A stretch of 63,586 nt of DNA, the filler included, from Chrysochromulina tobinii (lineage: Eukaryota), in assembly GCA_001275005.1 (NCBI GenBank). It is 6 parts of 6 records of this genome, joined end to end, with 100 filler letters (N's around TTAATTAATTAA, not from the genome) between each part and the next. Parts side by side here need not be neighbours in the genome. Positions count along the whole stretch, not along the records: positions 1 to 17,591 come from JWZX01001263.1; 5 more parts are not named here. The stretch is one strand, 5' to 3'. The position numbers and the translations under genes are program-made. The notes under the pieces were generated by a model that saw only the letters and a program-made list of their open reading frames with translations, had not been told where the DNA came from and ran no database searches. Positions 1 through 11,500 of the stretch are shown in pieces; the first letter of the stretch is position 1, and the number at the start of each line of letters is the position of its first letter.

Positions 1-2102
1 GGGGGTGAGGGCGGCGGGGGCAAGAGCGGCGGCGGCGGGTTGGCCAGCATCCCTTCCGCGGCGAAGATTACGAATGCATACACGCAAGTTGGGTTTTCCT
101 TCACGATAATGGTGACTGGCGCAGAAGGATCTCTGCGCGCGACGAGGCGCAGACTTGAAGCCGCTCCGACGCCGGCGTTGCAAGTGCCGAAGCCGCCTGT
201 GTATGATTGAGTCTTTATGGCGTTTACGGGACTCACGGATGAGCTTACGTATGAACCGAGATGCTGATTGTTGGGTGAACTAAGGCTGTTCCACAGTGTG
301 CGGCATTGGTCGTTGCTCGTCGCCTGACCCGCGGATCTCATGTCAATCCTTGTGCCAACGTCGATCCTGTAGCAGTTATCTCCCCACCCATGATTGCCGA
401 AGAGATAGACAACGACACCGGCGTAGCTGGCGGGGTCGAGCCGTAAGGCACAACAGCACCCGTATCCTGCCCCATGATCATCGGCAGCGAGCCATGTACC
501 AGGCGGATTCCCAGCCGAACCTTCACCCGTCGCGCACCCATATGTAAGAGTCCAATCGCAGGAGGCTGTGAACAACGGACTGTTGAAGATCTTGACACCA
601 GTGAGGGGGGTAAAGTTGATGCAGTCTGACGAGAGGGCGCACTTGCAGTTGTGGTCCGGGGCCACGATCGCGAACGCGTAGTTGAGCGACTTGCAGTTTG
701 AAATGCACTCGGCGTCGGTCCAAGTGTGCGGCGTTGGTCCATAAAAAACGGAGGACGGCAGGCAGTCTTGCCCTGATCTAGTCAAGGTCCACTCGTTGTA
801 GTACGCCGAATAGCAGTCAAGGGTCTCGAGAGTCACGCCAGGTGGCGAGGGCGGGGGCGAGGGTGCCGGCGAGGGCGGCGGGGGCGACGGCGAGGGCGGC
901 GGGGGCGACGGCGAGGGCGGCGGGGGCGACGGCGAGGGCGGCGGTGGTGCTGGAGGCGGCGGCGCTGGCGGGCTCCTCGGAGGCGGCGGCGAGACAGTCA
1001 GCAGGGATGCGGGTCCAGTTAGAGTGAATGAATACACACAGGTGGGATTCTCGACCTTGGTGCCCGTGATACTCGTCGCCGTCGGATCTGCAATCAACGT
1101 GAGCGTGCCGGTGTTGTTGCACGTGCCGTTGCCGTTGGCGTAGGAGTGGACGAACGCGTTCGTATTCACGTACGTACCGAGCGAGGTGGTAGGTCCGGCA
1201 GCATTCCAGGTGTTTGCACACCCTGCAGAACTTCCCTGGTCTCCAAACTGCTGGATGCGATCGCGGAGAGCGATGCGGTAGCACCACCCACCCACGGACA
1301 CGAATATGACCAGAGTGGCGCCGTTGTCCGCATTCAGACGCTCTCTCGCGCCGCTGGCATAGCCCGTCGAGCACACCTTCCCCATGGACGGGGAGTTTGT
1401 GCCCGTTTGCGCGTTCGGCTGGAAGAATACCTGGCCGTTGTGCGCGAAGCAGCCCTGCGGCCATTCGGCGCCGACTGAAGCCGCGCCGCGGCAAATGAAA
1501 GCGTTGCCGTCGTCACTTGCAATGGGTATTTCGGTGCCAGTCTGCCGTCTCATCTGGGCGTAGACTTTTGTACCGTGGATGAAGCAGCCTTGCCTCCAAC
1601 TCGTAGTGGCGTCCACGAGGTACGAGAAGGTGGTGAACGCAATGTTGTTGTCGTTGTTGCACTCGGCAACGCTCGCCATGGCCGTCGGGCCATTCGCGCA
1701 CTGCACCGTGCGGGCGTAATTCCACCAGGAGACACCAACGACCGAGCTTGCCTCCATGCAGCTGGCAATCGACGCGACGATGGTGGAGTTCCCAGAACAT
1801 GTCGACGACGTCGCAAAGCCTGAGCGGCACAGGAACAGACTGAAGCCATCGGCAGGGATCGGCCAGTCCGTGCCCGTCTGCGTGCTCGGCTGCCAGAATG
1901 CAAGCGTCCCGTGGAAGAAGCAGCCTTGAGGCCAGTTAGTGCCGGGGTCAAGGCCAGTGTTGTAGGCGTACACGCCGAGGGCTAGCGCCGCAGTCTGACA
2001 TTCCGACTCGGACGCAATGACCTGGTTGCCCGTGCACGCAGTCGCAGATCGCAGGTACGCGTGGCTGCGCGCCACGAGCACTAGGGCGAGGAGCAGGCGC
2101 AT
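1..2102 (-). CDS. Secreted mosaic Cys-rich glycoprotein (signal peptide, 3 WPQGCF repeats, 2 MRH-like domains, Pro-rich linkers, WSC-like domain); 3' end runs off the window
   Basis: Hand translation from ATG at 2102 (MRLLLALVLVARSHA...) stays open to base 1, so it is absent from the ORF track. Motifs: W(P/R)QGCFxH...QTGT x3; CYRI...LGxY...Y(A/T)xGxGTC...ENPTCVY x2; DCY...ECISNCKSLNYAFA...CKC; PPSPSPPP linkers. Confidence 0.8.
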   Translation of the reverse strand, partial: MRLLLALVLVARSHAYLRSATACTGNQVIASESECQTAALALGVYAYNTGLDPGTNWPQGCFFHGTLAFWQPSTQTGTDWPIPADGFSLFLCRSGFATSSTCSGNSTIVASIASCMEASSVVGVSWWNYARTVQCANGPTAMASVAECNNDNNIAFTTFSYLVDATTSWRQGCFIHGTKVYAQMRRQTGTEIPIASDDGNAFICRGAASVGAEWPQGCFAHNGQVFFQPNAQTGTNSPSMGKVCSTGYASGARERLNADNGATLVIFVSVGGWCYRIALRDRIQQFGDQGSSAGCANTWNAAGPTTSLGTYVNTNAFVHSYANGNGTCNNTGTLTLIADPTATSITGTKVENPTCVYSFTLTGPASLLTVSPPPPRSPPAPPPPAPPPPSPSPPPPSPSPPPPSPSPPPPSPAPSPPPSPPGVTLETLDCYSAYYNEWTLTRSGQDCLPSSVFYGPTPHTWTDAECISNCKSLNYAFAIVAPDHNCKCALSSDCINFTPLTGVKIFNSPLFTASCDWTLTYGCATGEGSAGNPPGTWLAADDHGAGYGCCCALRLDPASYAGVVVYLFGNHGWGDNCYRIDVGTRIDMRSAGQATSNDQCRTLWNSLSSPNNQHLGSYVSSSVSPVNAIKTQSYTGGFGTCNAGVGAASSLRLVARRDPSAPVTIIVKENPTCVYAFVIFAAEGMLANPPPPLLPPPPSP

Positions 2103-2936
2103 TCGGAAGGTTGCGCAAAACTTCGATGCAAATCTCGTAGGAATTCATTGGACGCAAATCTCGTTTAATTCATAAAATTACTGAGTTTTGTTGCGATATG
2201 CATGCCACTCCTGCGTGATGTTCCGATGCGGCAAGCAAGCAAGCACACATCTCATCCTCTCCGCCCACCCTTTCCTTAACCCTTTCCTAATACTCTGCTG
2301 GCTCCTGGGGGCACACTCAAAAGGCTTGGGGTATTCGGTTGCGCTTGTTATTCAAATATGTTTCAAAGGTATATGCGCTTGTGTGGTTTCGACTAAAAGC
2401 TTGCGATGTGGCTTGCCTGCTCGCTTGCTTGAGAGGAGGTGCTGGCTCCGCCACGGCTGCAGCGCTGGCCGGATGCCGCTGCTGCCCCCTTTCGTGCGCA
2501 GACGGGCGGGCTATGGCCTTCTCGAGCCGCTGGCGCACGGCACGAGAAGCAGGTGCGCACGAGCAAGCGAGCAGGTGAGCTCCAGCAGCAGCGCCGTCGA
2601 GTACCTGCAGCCGCAGCAGCTGAGGTACGGCATCGGGGGGCGCCGTGAGCTGTACCAGCTGTGGGAGATCTCGACAGGCAGTGAGCGTCACTTTAGCGTC
2701 ACTCTCGCTTAATTATAGTCATTTTGGTGTGGCCGTTAGAGCGAGTAGATCAATAGAATACATTCGCTTTAAACTCGACTTTATATAATATCGTATGTTA
2801 TTTCCAGGTCTGAAAAAAAAAACAGGAAATGCTGGTACTGGAACACTATCGCACACCCACACGCGCCGACCGACGCGCTCACTCACACATTTACGCCGCA
2901 CAAGAGTCACTTCTCGCCGCCGCCATCATGTCTTGA

Positions 2937-3566
2937 TCAAATCTTATCACCAAGCGCAACGAGCTCAATGTAAAAGACCAGGCTCGAGTTGGGCGGGATC
3001 TCCCCGAGGTCCTTGTCGCCATACCCGAACTCTGGTGGTATCTTGACGATGACCTTCTGGCCGAGCTTCATGCCTCCCACTACAGCTTCCCAGCCTGTAA
3101 TAACAGTCTGCTTGCCTAGGCGGAACTCGAAGGGCCGTTTCTTGTCGTACGCGCTGTCAAACTTGGTGCCATCCATAAGGTAGCCTGTGTAGTAGACCGA
3201 TACCTTCTGTCCTTGTTGTGGCTTGTCACCGTCGGGCTGGTTCAAGAACTTGTAGATGAACCCGTCATCGCGCTTCTTGAACGTGCTGTCGAAGAAGGCT
3301 TCCGTGAAGGCGCCGGTATGCTCTGCCCAGGCACCATCAGCTTTGATGACTTGGAGTGGTGGGAGCCCGATCTTGGCTCTGTTTGCGTTGATCTCCTCAA
3401 TTGGTGGGGCACCACGACCAAATAAAAGGTCCGCGTGAGCAGGAGCCACTCGTGCGACGCCCAACCATGCTGCTGCCGGCGCACCCACGGCAATCAAAGC
3501 TCGCCTGCTGAGAGCATTGCCTGCCGTGAGCCCGACCAATGCTACGGCCAGGCCGACAAATGACAT
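2937..3566 (-). CDS. FKBP-type peptidyl-prolyl isomerase, probably plastid thylakoid lumen
   Basis: VYYTGYLMDGTKFDSAYD...FEFRLG...VITGWE...IPPEFGYG...IPPNSSLVFYIEL. N-terminal signal peptide, twin-Arg SRRALI and AHA cleavage site. ATG at 3566 preferred. Confidence 0.93.
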   Translation of the reverse strand: MSFVGLAVALVGLTAGNALSRRALIAVGAPAAAWLGVARVAPAHADLLFGRGAPPIEEINANRAKIGLPPLQVIKADGAWAEHTGAFTEAFFDSTFKKRDDGFIYKFLNQPDGDKPQQGQKVSVYYTGYLMDGTKFDSAYDKKRPFEFRLGKQTVITGWEAVVGGMKLGQKVIVKIPPEFGYGDKDLGEIPPNSSLVFYIELVALGDKI

Positions 3567-3786
3567 CGAGAAAAACAAAGCCCCGCGCGGGAGGACCTCG
3601 TCGATCGAGATCGCATAGAATGACCTTTGCCAATTATGCCAGTTTTCGATGCGACGCCGCTTGCGCAAAAGCGTCCTCCCGAGCGTTTTTCAACTTGGCC
3701 ATGTTCAGACCGACTGTCGTTTCATCGGCAAGGACCGGGCACCTCTGTTTTTTCTTGTCCGGTCTCCAGCTCCGTCCAGCAGAGGC

Positions 3787-4572
3787 ATGAGTGTCCAGAC
3801 AGCGAAGAAGTACTCGGCTTCGGGCTACATGGTCGGCGGAATTGACGCGGCTGCCAAACGTCTTGAGGGCGTCGACTGGCTCCGGACGGCCTTCGACGCG
3901 TTTGACGTCGACAAGAGCGGGTACCTCGACCCGCACGAGCTCCGCGCCGCGCTCACGATGCTCGGCGTCCGCAGCTCCGGCAAAACCGGAGCCACTGCGC
4001 TCGAAAAGATGGGGATCGACGACAAGGACGGCGACGGGGTCGTCTCGCTTGAGGATCTTGATGTGGACGGCGACCAGAAGGTGGATTTCGAGGAGTTCAA
4101 GGTATTTGCTGCCGTGCTGCCAAAGCGCGACCACGCCATCTACAGGAACGCGCTCGCGGCCAGGCCGATCACGTTGCCAAAGGATACTTCCAAGGCGTCG
4201 GCTGTCGAGGTTGAGCGCGCCAAGGCGCAGGCTGCATGCAACATGGCGCTCAACAATGCGCTAGTGCGGCTGCGCAAGGCGCTCCGGTTGAATACAGACT
4301 CGAAGCTCATGAAGGACACCGTGCTGCTCAAGAAGTTCCAGGAGCTCGACGAATCGGGGGACTCGCGCGTGAGCTCCAAAGAGCTGGTGTCGTTCCTCGC
4401 AAAGGAGCACGGCGCGAAGCTCGCCAAGACGGACGTGTTTGCACTGCTGCACTTTTGCGACACGAATCACGATGATCATATGTCCTTCGACGAGTTCAAG
4501 CACATGATGCAGACGGTTGCGCGCTCCGTGGATATGGAGACAGAAGCAGGCACAGACGCCATCTACTCGTGA
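3787..4572 (+). CDS. Calmodulin-like multi-EF-hand calcium-binding protein
   Basis: Loops DVDKSGYLDPHE, DKDGDGVVSLED, DVDGDQKVDFEE, DESGDSRVSSKE, DTNHDDHMSFDE. In-frame ATG at 3787. Confidence 0.9.
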   Translation: MSVQTAKKYSASGYMVGGIDAAAKRLEGVDWLRTAFDAFDVDKSGYLDPHELRAALTMLGVRSSGKTGATALEKMGIDDKDGDGVVSLEDLDVDGDQKVDFEEFKVFAAVLPKRDHAIYRNALAARPITLPKDTSKASAVEVERAKAQAACNMALNNALVRLRKALRLNTDSKLMKDTVLLKKFQELDESGDSRVSSKELVSFLAKEHGAKLAKTDVFALLHFCDTNHDDHMSFDEFKHMMQTVARSVDMETEAGTDAIYS

Positions 4573-5259
4573 GTCGAGCATGCGGTGCCAGCCTCTGTGC
4601 GGTGCCAGCCTATGGACGGCTCAACCTGCGGGACTTTGTGGCCTCGCGTCGGTGGCGGCTCGGGGCTGGGCCGCGTTCACACGTCGTGGCAGTGCAGATA
4701 GCCACGACAGCGCTCGTCGACGGGGATCCGGTGCATGGTTGGAACGAGTGTTCGTACGTATCAAGGTGAATTTTCGCGCAGACCACTATTTGTGGGATGT
4801 GGCGTGCCCTGGGCCCCGCATCCCCGATTATGACATTTCGTGCAACACAGAACACTCGTCACTCCAAAACCGGCCGGCGGCCCCGGCCGGCGCCCGCGCC
4901 CCCGCGCGCCGGCCGCTGGGGGCGGCCACTCAGCCGGGACGCGTCACCGCGCGCCACCGAAGCGCATGGCGAGGCAGACCCCACCGGCACCCCCATCTCC
5001 CTGCCTGCCGGCCGCCGCCGTGACACACGGGTCGGGTCACCACCCCACACACTGGGCGTTACATCTTCCCAGTTTCCAAGCGGAAGTGCTACGCTCCCGG
5101 ACCCCACGCCTGTCTGACGCAGCCTTGCCCCCGACGCATCCCCCCACCTCCACAAGACCACCGTCACATGCTGACCACATGCTGGCAACACCGACCAGCT
5201 CTCAAGTGCGAGGGCGCGCGCCGCTTGTGAACGCTTGTGCAGGGCATCGAAGTGAGGGT

Positions 5260-7121
5260 TCAACTTCGGCGCCCCCTAGCAGCGCCTCGCGGGGCCCACA
5301 GAGGAGCCCCACCGAGAGAATATCCGCGACTTGCGGGACGGCCGCGGCTCAAGCGGGCTGGTTGCCAGCGCGCAGTGCGCTGGAAGCTCAGGTTGGCGAG
5401 CCCGGTGGCGCCGAGCCCCTGGTGCGCGCGCGGCCGAGCGGGTCAAGAGCAATGTGGTGAGCACTTGCAAGGCAGGTCATCAGTGGCAATCAACGTACCT
5501 GGTGCGCGGCCGAGCTCGCCACGATACGGTTGCCGCGCAGATCGATGGAAGCGAGCGAGCGGCTTGCTGAGATGCCTGCGAGGAGCTCGGCAGCGCCGTC
5601 CTCCTCGATCTCGTTGACGGCGAGCGAGAGGCTCACCAGCGCGTGGCACTCGGGCAGGCGCCAGGCGAGCTCCCACGCCCCGAGATCGCCAATCTCGTTG
5701 GAGCTCAGATCGAGCATGGCCACGCGGCTGCGCGCGAGCGCCGCCGCGAGGCGTCCGCAAGGTGCAGCCCCGACAGCGCAGCCGTCAAGGCTGAGGCTCG
5801 TGAGGCTCGGCGTGTCGGGCAGTGCGGCGGCGAGCGCAAGGGTGCCCTGAGGGCCGATGTGCGCGTTGGCCGACAGGCTGAGCGTCGTGATTCGACTGAG
5901 GGGTAGCGCGGCTGCCAGCAGCGTCACTCCATCTGCGGTCAGCCGATTGCCCGCCAGGTCGAGCACCTCGAGCGCACTGCCGCCGTCAATCCGCGCGCCG
6001 TTCAGTGCGAGGGCGAGGGCGGCGCACGCGCCGTCACCCACCCCCGTGAAGGGCACTGCGAGATACCGTAGGGTCGTGTTCGCAACGAGCGCGTGTGCAA
6101 GCCTGCTACAGCCCTCATCGAGGAGAGGATTGTGGTGAAGCTCGAGGCGTGCGAGCTTGGTGTTGGCGCACAGGGCGATCGCGAGCGAAGCGGCACCGGT
6201 GGCGTTGATGTACGAGCAGCCCAGCTGAAGGTCCTCAACGGACCGATTGATCGCAAGCGCCTGGCCGAAAGCGCTTGCCGCCTCCTCCCCCCGCAGGGCG
6301 CCGCACCCAGGCAGCACGAGCCGCCGCAGCGCGCACTCGGGCTTGGCGAGCAGCCGGATCACCTGCTTCACGCCGCGCACATCGAGGGAGCCGCGCGCGT
6401 CCAGCTCGACGAGGGAGCCCGTGCACCGCTGCAGCGTGAGCCCGAGAGCGCCAGGTGCATCGTCGACCTCACCGTCCGCCGCCGCGGTCGCGTCCTCGGC
6501 GCCCTCGCCGAAGACAGCAGCCGCCGCCACGGGCAGGGGTGCGGGAGGCGGTGAGATGGGCATCAACGTCTCGGGCGCGTGCGGCCCGTGGTGCAGCACC
6601 AGCCGGCGCGGCTGGATCGACTCCTCCTTTGCCAGCAGCCCAAGGTGCTCGTCGTCGAAGCCCTCGGCGCGGCAGTCGACCCGCAACAGGGCGAGCGATG
6701 GGCATAGGGCGACGAGGCGGCGAAGGTCGGCGACCGTCCACGAGGCAGAGCCGACTTGGAGGGCGTACAGGTCGTGCAAGTTCTGCGTCGAGCCGTAGCG
6801 CAGAGCCTTGAGGATGCCACCCTTGGTCAGCTGCTGGCAACCGCTGACGTTGAGTGATTTGAGCATGCTGCGCGGCACCCGCTGGAGCACAAAACGCAGC
6901 TTGTTGTCCGTGATCAGATCCTTGCACACGGTCAGATCGATGGCGCCAGCCTCGAAGAAGCCGTCGCTGCGGGCACGAAGCCCGTGGCTCACCTGGCAGA
7001 AGAGGAGCCATGCCGGCACGCCGCCGACGGCCAGGATTTCGTGCAGCACGTCGCTCGGAAGCAAGTCCAGCATCGAGGATGTCGAAAGGGTCACCGCCAG
7101 CGTCGTGGTCGGCGTCAGCAT
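5260..7121 (-). CDS. F-box plus RNI-like leucine-rich repeat protein (intron 5419-5498)
   Basis: N-terminal LDLLPSDVLHEIL...CQVSHGL (F-box-like); many LxxLxLxxNxIGxxG repeats. CAG|GTACGT donor and CACCAG acceptor give a short last exon ending TGA at 5260. Confidence 0.8.
5419..5498 (-). other. Degenerate repeat-cassette intron with exon duplicate at its 3' end
   Basis: Starts GTACGTTGATTGCCACTGATGACC. Ends GCTCGGCCGCGCGCGCACCAG, which copies the upstream exon end GCTCGGCCGCGCACCAG with a 4-bp CG expansion. Confidence 0.7.
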
Positions 7122-7391
7122 CGTCTCTGGACGGCTCGAGGATGCAGAGATGCAGGCCGATGCAGAAGCGCGAAAGGGTTCTCACGGGAGCTCCCGCTGA
7201 GAGATCTGCTTCGGTACATGTACATGTACCAAATGCTGAAGGGAGAGTGGTATGATCGAGACTGCAGAAACTTGTTACATGTACATGTAATGCTCCGGGA
7301 ATTGCGATTCACACCATTTTTGGGCTGTGTAATCCCTTTTCTTTGGCGGGGTGACCGAGGTCTCCAACGACCCGAAGTCGGCAGCGTCGCA

Positions 7392-8300
7392 ATGTCAGGC
7401 GAGTCAGAGATCTCGCCCATATCACCCGTGTCTCCCGCGGGCGCGGGCAAATTGCGTGCCTACGTCAAGCAGCATGCCATTGAGCCCCTTCTCGCAGAGG
7501 CGCTCAAGGCGGCGTGTGACACCGGGGCTAGCGATCCGGTGAGCTTCATCGGAAATTTCATGCTGAAGAAGGCAGCTCAAGCGTGCAAGGAGCGCCGTCT
7601 GAGCAAGGAGGCCGTAGCAGAGAGCGAGTACTTGCGCACCACCGCCCTCGGCATTGCAAGCCAACGCACGTGCTGGCTGCTCTTCTTCATGTTCGGGCTG
7701 CTGCTGACTGCAAATGTGCTGCACAAGTTCGAGGCGCTCCTTGAGCGAGAGCTCGAGCTCGCCTTCTTCGTGCCCCTCCTTATCGGCGCGGGCGGCAACT
7801 CGGGCGGCCAGACTGTCTCGACTGTCATTCGTGCCCTCGGCTCAGGCTCAGTCAAGCTGAGCGACGCGCCGCGCATCATCGCCAAGGAGGGGCTCTCCGG
7901 GTTGCTGCAGGCGTTCGTGCTCGTACTGGTGCTCGCGCCCTCGCTGCGCCTGGTCATGGATATCTCCGAGGATGTGACGGTGGTCGTCTGCCTCACTCTC
8001 CTCGGTCTCGGATTCGGCGCCAACAGCCTCGCCTCCGCGCTTACCTTCTTCGTCGCCTGGATGGGTAAGGATCCCGCCGTGATCGTCGGGCCGCTCATGA
8101 CGACCTCAGTCGATAGCATCGGTCTGATGAGCTACCTCGCGATCGCCACGCTCTACATCTCGAGCCCCGGCGGCCCGGATGACGTGAACGCTCTCGGCCC
8201 TGCTTGCAAGCGCAACTGGCACGGCGTCTGCATCCCCGCGAACGAGATGACGCCCTTTTGCAAGGGCAACGTCTTCTCTTCGTGCAAGCCCGTGGTCTGA
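7392..8300 (+). CDS. MgtE-family Mg2+ transporter membrane domain with N-terminal Dpy-30/RIIa-like docking motif
   Basis: FVPLLIGAGGNSGGQTVSTVIRAL, DPAVIVGPLMTTSVDSIGL; N-terminal YVKQHAIEPLLAEALKA...DPVSFIGNFM. ATG at 7392. Confidence 0.88.
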   Translation: MSGESEISPISPVSPAGAGKLRAYVKQHAIEPLLAEALKAACDTGASDPVSFIGNFMLKKAAQACKERRLSKEAVAESEYLRTTALGIASQRTCWLLFFMFGLLLTANVLHKFEALLERELELAFFVPLLIGAGGNSGGQTVSTVIRALGSGSVKLSDAPRIIAKEGLSGLLQAFVLVLVLAPSLRLVMDISEDVTVVVCLTLLGLGFGANSLASALTFFVAWMGKDPAVIVGPLMTTSVDSIGLMSYLAIATLYISSPGGPDDVNALGPACKRNWHGVCIPANEMTPFCKGNVFSSCKPVV

Positions 8301-8500
8301 CTCAGAGTCTACCAGCTCCCGTAAAAAGTCTCTAGTCTGTTGGGAAACACAAATCGAATCGAATATTATGAGTTTAATCTCCGCGTTCCGTTCACACTTT
8401 CGACGGGGATCCACCACGCATCTCTCAATCCTCCGCAACCAGGCACTCGCGCCGACGCCGCCGCACTACCTCTCATCCTCCGCACCACCAGCCCCTTTCG

Positions 8501-11500
8501 ATGACCAAGAAGAAGCACGCGAAGGCGCCAAGCGTTCAAGAAAACTACTACGTATGCGCGCCATGCGGCAAGGAGTGCAGCGGCGAGACGAGCCTGCTGC
8601 AGCATTGCATGGGCCTGGAGCACTTTCGGCGCGTGGGCCACCGCGGATTTGCGGGTTGCATCCCGAACAAGCTCGGGCAGATTCCACCGCTATCCGACGA
8701 ATTCTTCGTGCGCATCGCTCAGGGACCGGCCGGCCTCGAGCAGGTGCCCCCTGAAGGACCCATGAGCGAGTACGACCCACTGACGCAGCAGCCGGCAGGT
8801 GGATTGGGCGGCGGCGGCGGCAGCAGCGGCTTCGACGGCGCCGCGCCAACCACCGCCGCCTCCGCGGCGCAGACTGACAAGTTTTTCCAGACCTTGTACC
8901 GTTGCGCCGCTTGCGGCACGACCGTCTCGGGACACATCTCTTTCGTGGAGCATTGCCGCGGCAAGGCGCACATCAAGAAGGCGGGCTTTTCGGGCTTCGC
9001 CGGGCTGCTGCCGAATGACGCGGGCATCATCCCGCCCGTTCCCCCGCAGCTCCTCACCTCCATGCCCGCCGCGCAGCCGGCCATGCCCGACTTTGCCGTG
9101 GCAGCGGCGGCGGCGGCAGCCGCGCTCGTGGCGGCAGGCGATTCCGGCGCGCCCGGCGCTGCGTCTGGCACTGCCCCCGCCGTGGCCGCTGCCCCCGCTG
9201 TGCCCCCGCCGGTCAAAGAAAAGAAGGCGGTCTCGGTACGAATGAACCAAGCCTCGCTAGCGGCGCTCTCGCGGGCCGCGAGCAACCACGACCGGGAGAA
9301 GATTACCGGTAAGGGACCATCGGCCGGGGAGCGCGCAGCGGAGAAGGCAGCCAAGGCGGCAGCACGTGCCCTCGAGCGCAACAAGCACGGTGGCAACCGC
9401 GCGGGCCCCGTGCCGCAGCTCGAGGTCCCCTTCGGCCCCTTTGCTGCCGACCGCGCCAAACTGCCCATCGCCAACTTTCGCGAGACCGTGCTTCAGACGA
9501 TGCGGGCCAACCAGGTAACGGTACTGCAGGGCGACACAGGCTGCGGCAAGACGACTCAGGTACCCCAATTCATCCTCGAGGAGGCCGCGGCTACGGGCAC
9601 GCACATCTCGATAGTGTGTACCCAGCCGCGCCGCATCTCCGCGATGGGCGTGGCAGAGCGCGTCGCTCAGGAGCGAGGCGAGGCGGTGAGCTGCCCAGCC
9701 CATGGGCCGAACCCTACTCCGCCCCTTGCTTGCCCCTGCTCGCCTGCCCTCTCGCACAAGTGCCATGCTGCCCACGGCCTCATGCTGCCCACGGCCTCCT
9801 CTTGTCCGTCGGCCGTTTCTCACATGCTGCTCTCCCTTTCCGCCCCCTCAACCCGCCCTCGTGCGCGCAGCTCGGCCGGACGGTGGGCTATGCCATCCGC
9901 CTCGAGAACAAGTCATCCTCGGCGACGCGTCTGCTCTTTTGTACGACAGGGATCCTGCTGCGCCGTCTCGAGGAGGACCCCACACTGCAGGGCACCACCC
10001 ACGTCGTCGTGGACGAAGTTCACGAGCGGTCCGTCGAGTCTGACTTTCTGCTCATGGTACTGCGCGACACGCTGCGCGACCAGCGCCCCGACTTGCGCGT
10101 CATTCTCATGTCAGCCACGCTCGACGAGGACCTCTTCTCGTCCTATTTTGCCACAGCGCCCGGCACACCGCCGCCGCCGCCCCTGCTGCCGCCGCCGCCG
10201 CCTCTGCTGCCCATGCCGCCGACGAACAGTGTCGTTTCACTCGACGGCCTCGCCCCTAATAGCTCGACAGCTTCGCTCGACCAGCTCGTGACGAATCTCT
10301 CGGCCACTTCCCTCGAGGGGCTCGATGCCACTGCCCTCGGACCACCAGGCTCCGACCAGGGACCGCCGCCGGCGGCACCCACGCCGCCGCCCGAGGCGGT
10401 GCCACCGCGCGGGCTCAAAATGATCAACTACCAGACCCTGAATCGCGACAATTGGATTCCTGCGCCGTGCATCCGCGTGCCGGGGCGCACGTACCCCGTC
10501 ACCGTGTACCATCTCGAGGAGGTGCTTCAGATCACGCGCCACCACGTGCGCCCGAATGCCGAATGGGCGCGCAAGCTCAAGCCCGGCGAGCGGCCCGCGT
10601 ACATGCAAGACGAGGGCGGCTACGGCAAGGGCGGCGGCTATGGCGGCGGCTTCGGTGGAGGCTACGACGGCGGCTTCGGCGGTGGCAAGGGCTTCGGCGG
10701 CGGCAAAGGCTTCGGAGGACGCGGCTACTACCGGCGCGACCGCAAGAATGCGACGGCCGTGGCGAACGAGCAGTCGGAGGAAACGAAGAGCGAAATGCCT
10801 AAGGAGCCAACCGACGGCGAGCTCGACTACGACGAGATCCGCAAGCGATATGGTCATTATGGCGAATGGGTGCCGCGCGCGCTCGCGGCCCTTGATCACG
10901 CCGCCGTCAACGTTGATTTGATTGTACAGCTCATTGGGTGGCTGGCACACGTCAACGGCCCCGACGACGCGGCGCAGCGGATCAACGCGGAGCTGCCGCC
11001 GTCACCAGGCTCAGGACGGCGCGGCGGCCCACACCCCAACGGCAAGGGCGCGATGGCCGTCGTCGCGGCCCCGCCGCCGCCGCCGCCACCTCCGCCGCCT
11101 CCGCCTGGAGCTGACGGCGCGCCGCCGCTGCCCTTGGGCCCGCCACCGCCGCACGCATACCTGGTGGGGCAGCTGCCGCCCGCGGGCCAGGGTGACCCGG
11201 AGTCCAGCTACGGGGAGGCGCAGGCAGTGCTCGTCTTCTTGCAGGGCATTAAGGAGATTGTCGCCGTGCAGGATGCGCTGCTCTGCACGCGCGAGTACTC
11301 GCAGGAGCCAGCGCGCTCGTGGGTGCTCGCGGTGCACTCGTCGGTGCCTCCCGAGGAGCAGCGGATGGCCTTCAAGCGCCCGCCGCCCGGTGTGCGCAAG
11401 GTGGTGCTCGCGACGAACATCGCCGAGACCGCGATCACGATCGATGATGTCTCATTTGTCATCGACTGCTGCCGCATGAAGGAAAACCGTTACGACCCGG

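Noticed and set aside
3566..3787. Several head-to-head gene pairs with 200-450 bp spacers
   Set aside because: Normal for a compact algal genome; no functional link evident.
9686..9870. Introns at 9686, 19465, 22327, 31618 and 45515 as members of the cassette family
   Set aside because: No recognisable 10-mer core or exon duplicate; treated as ordinary introns.
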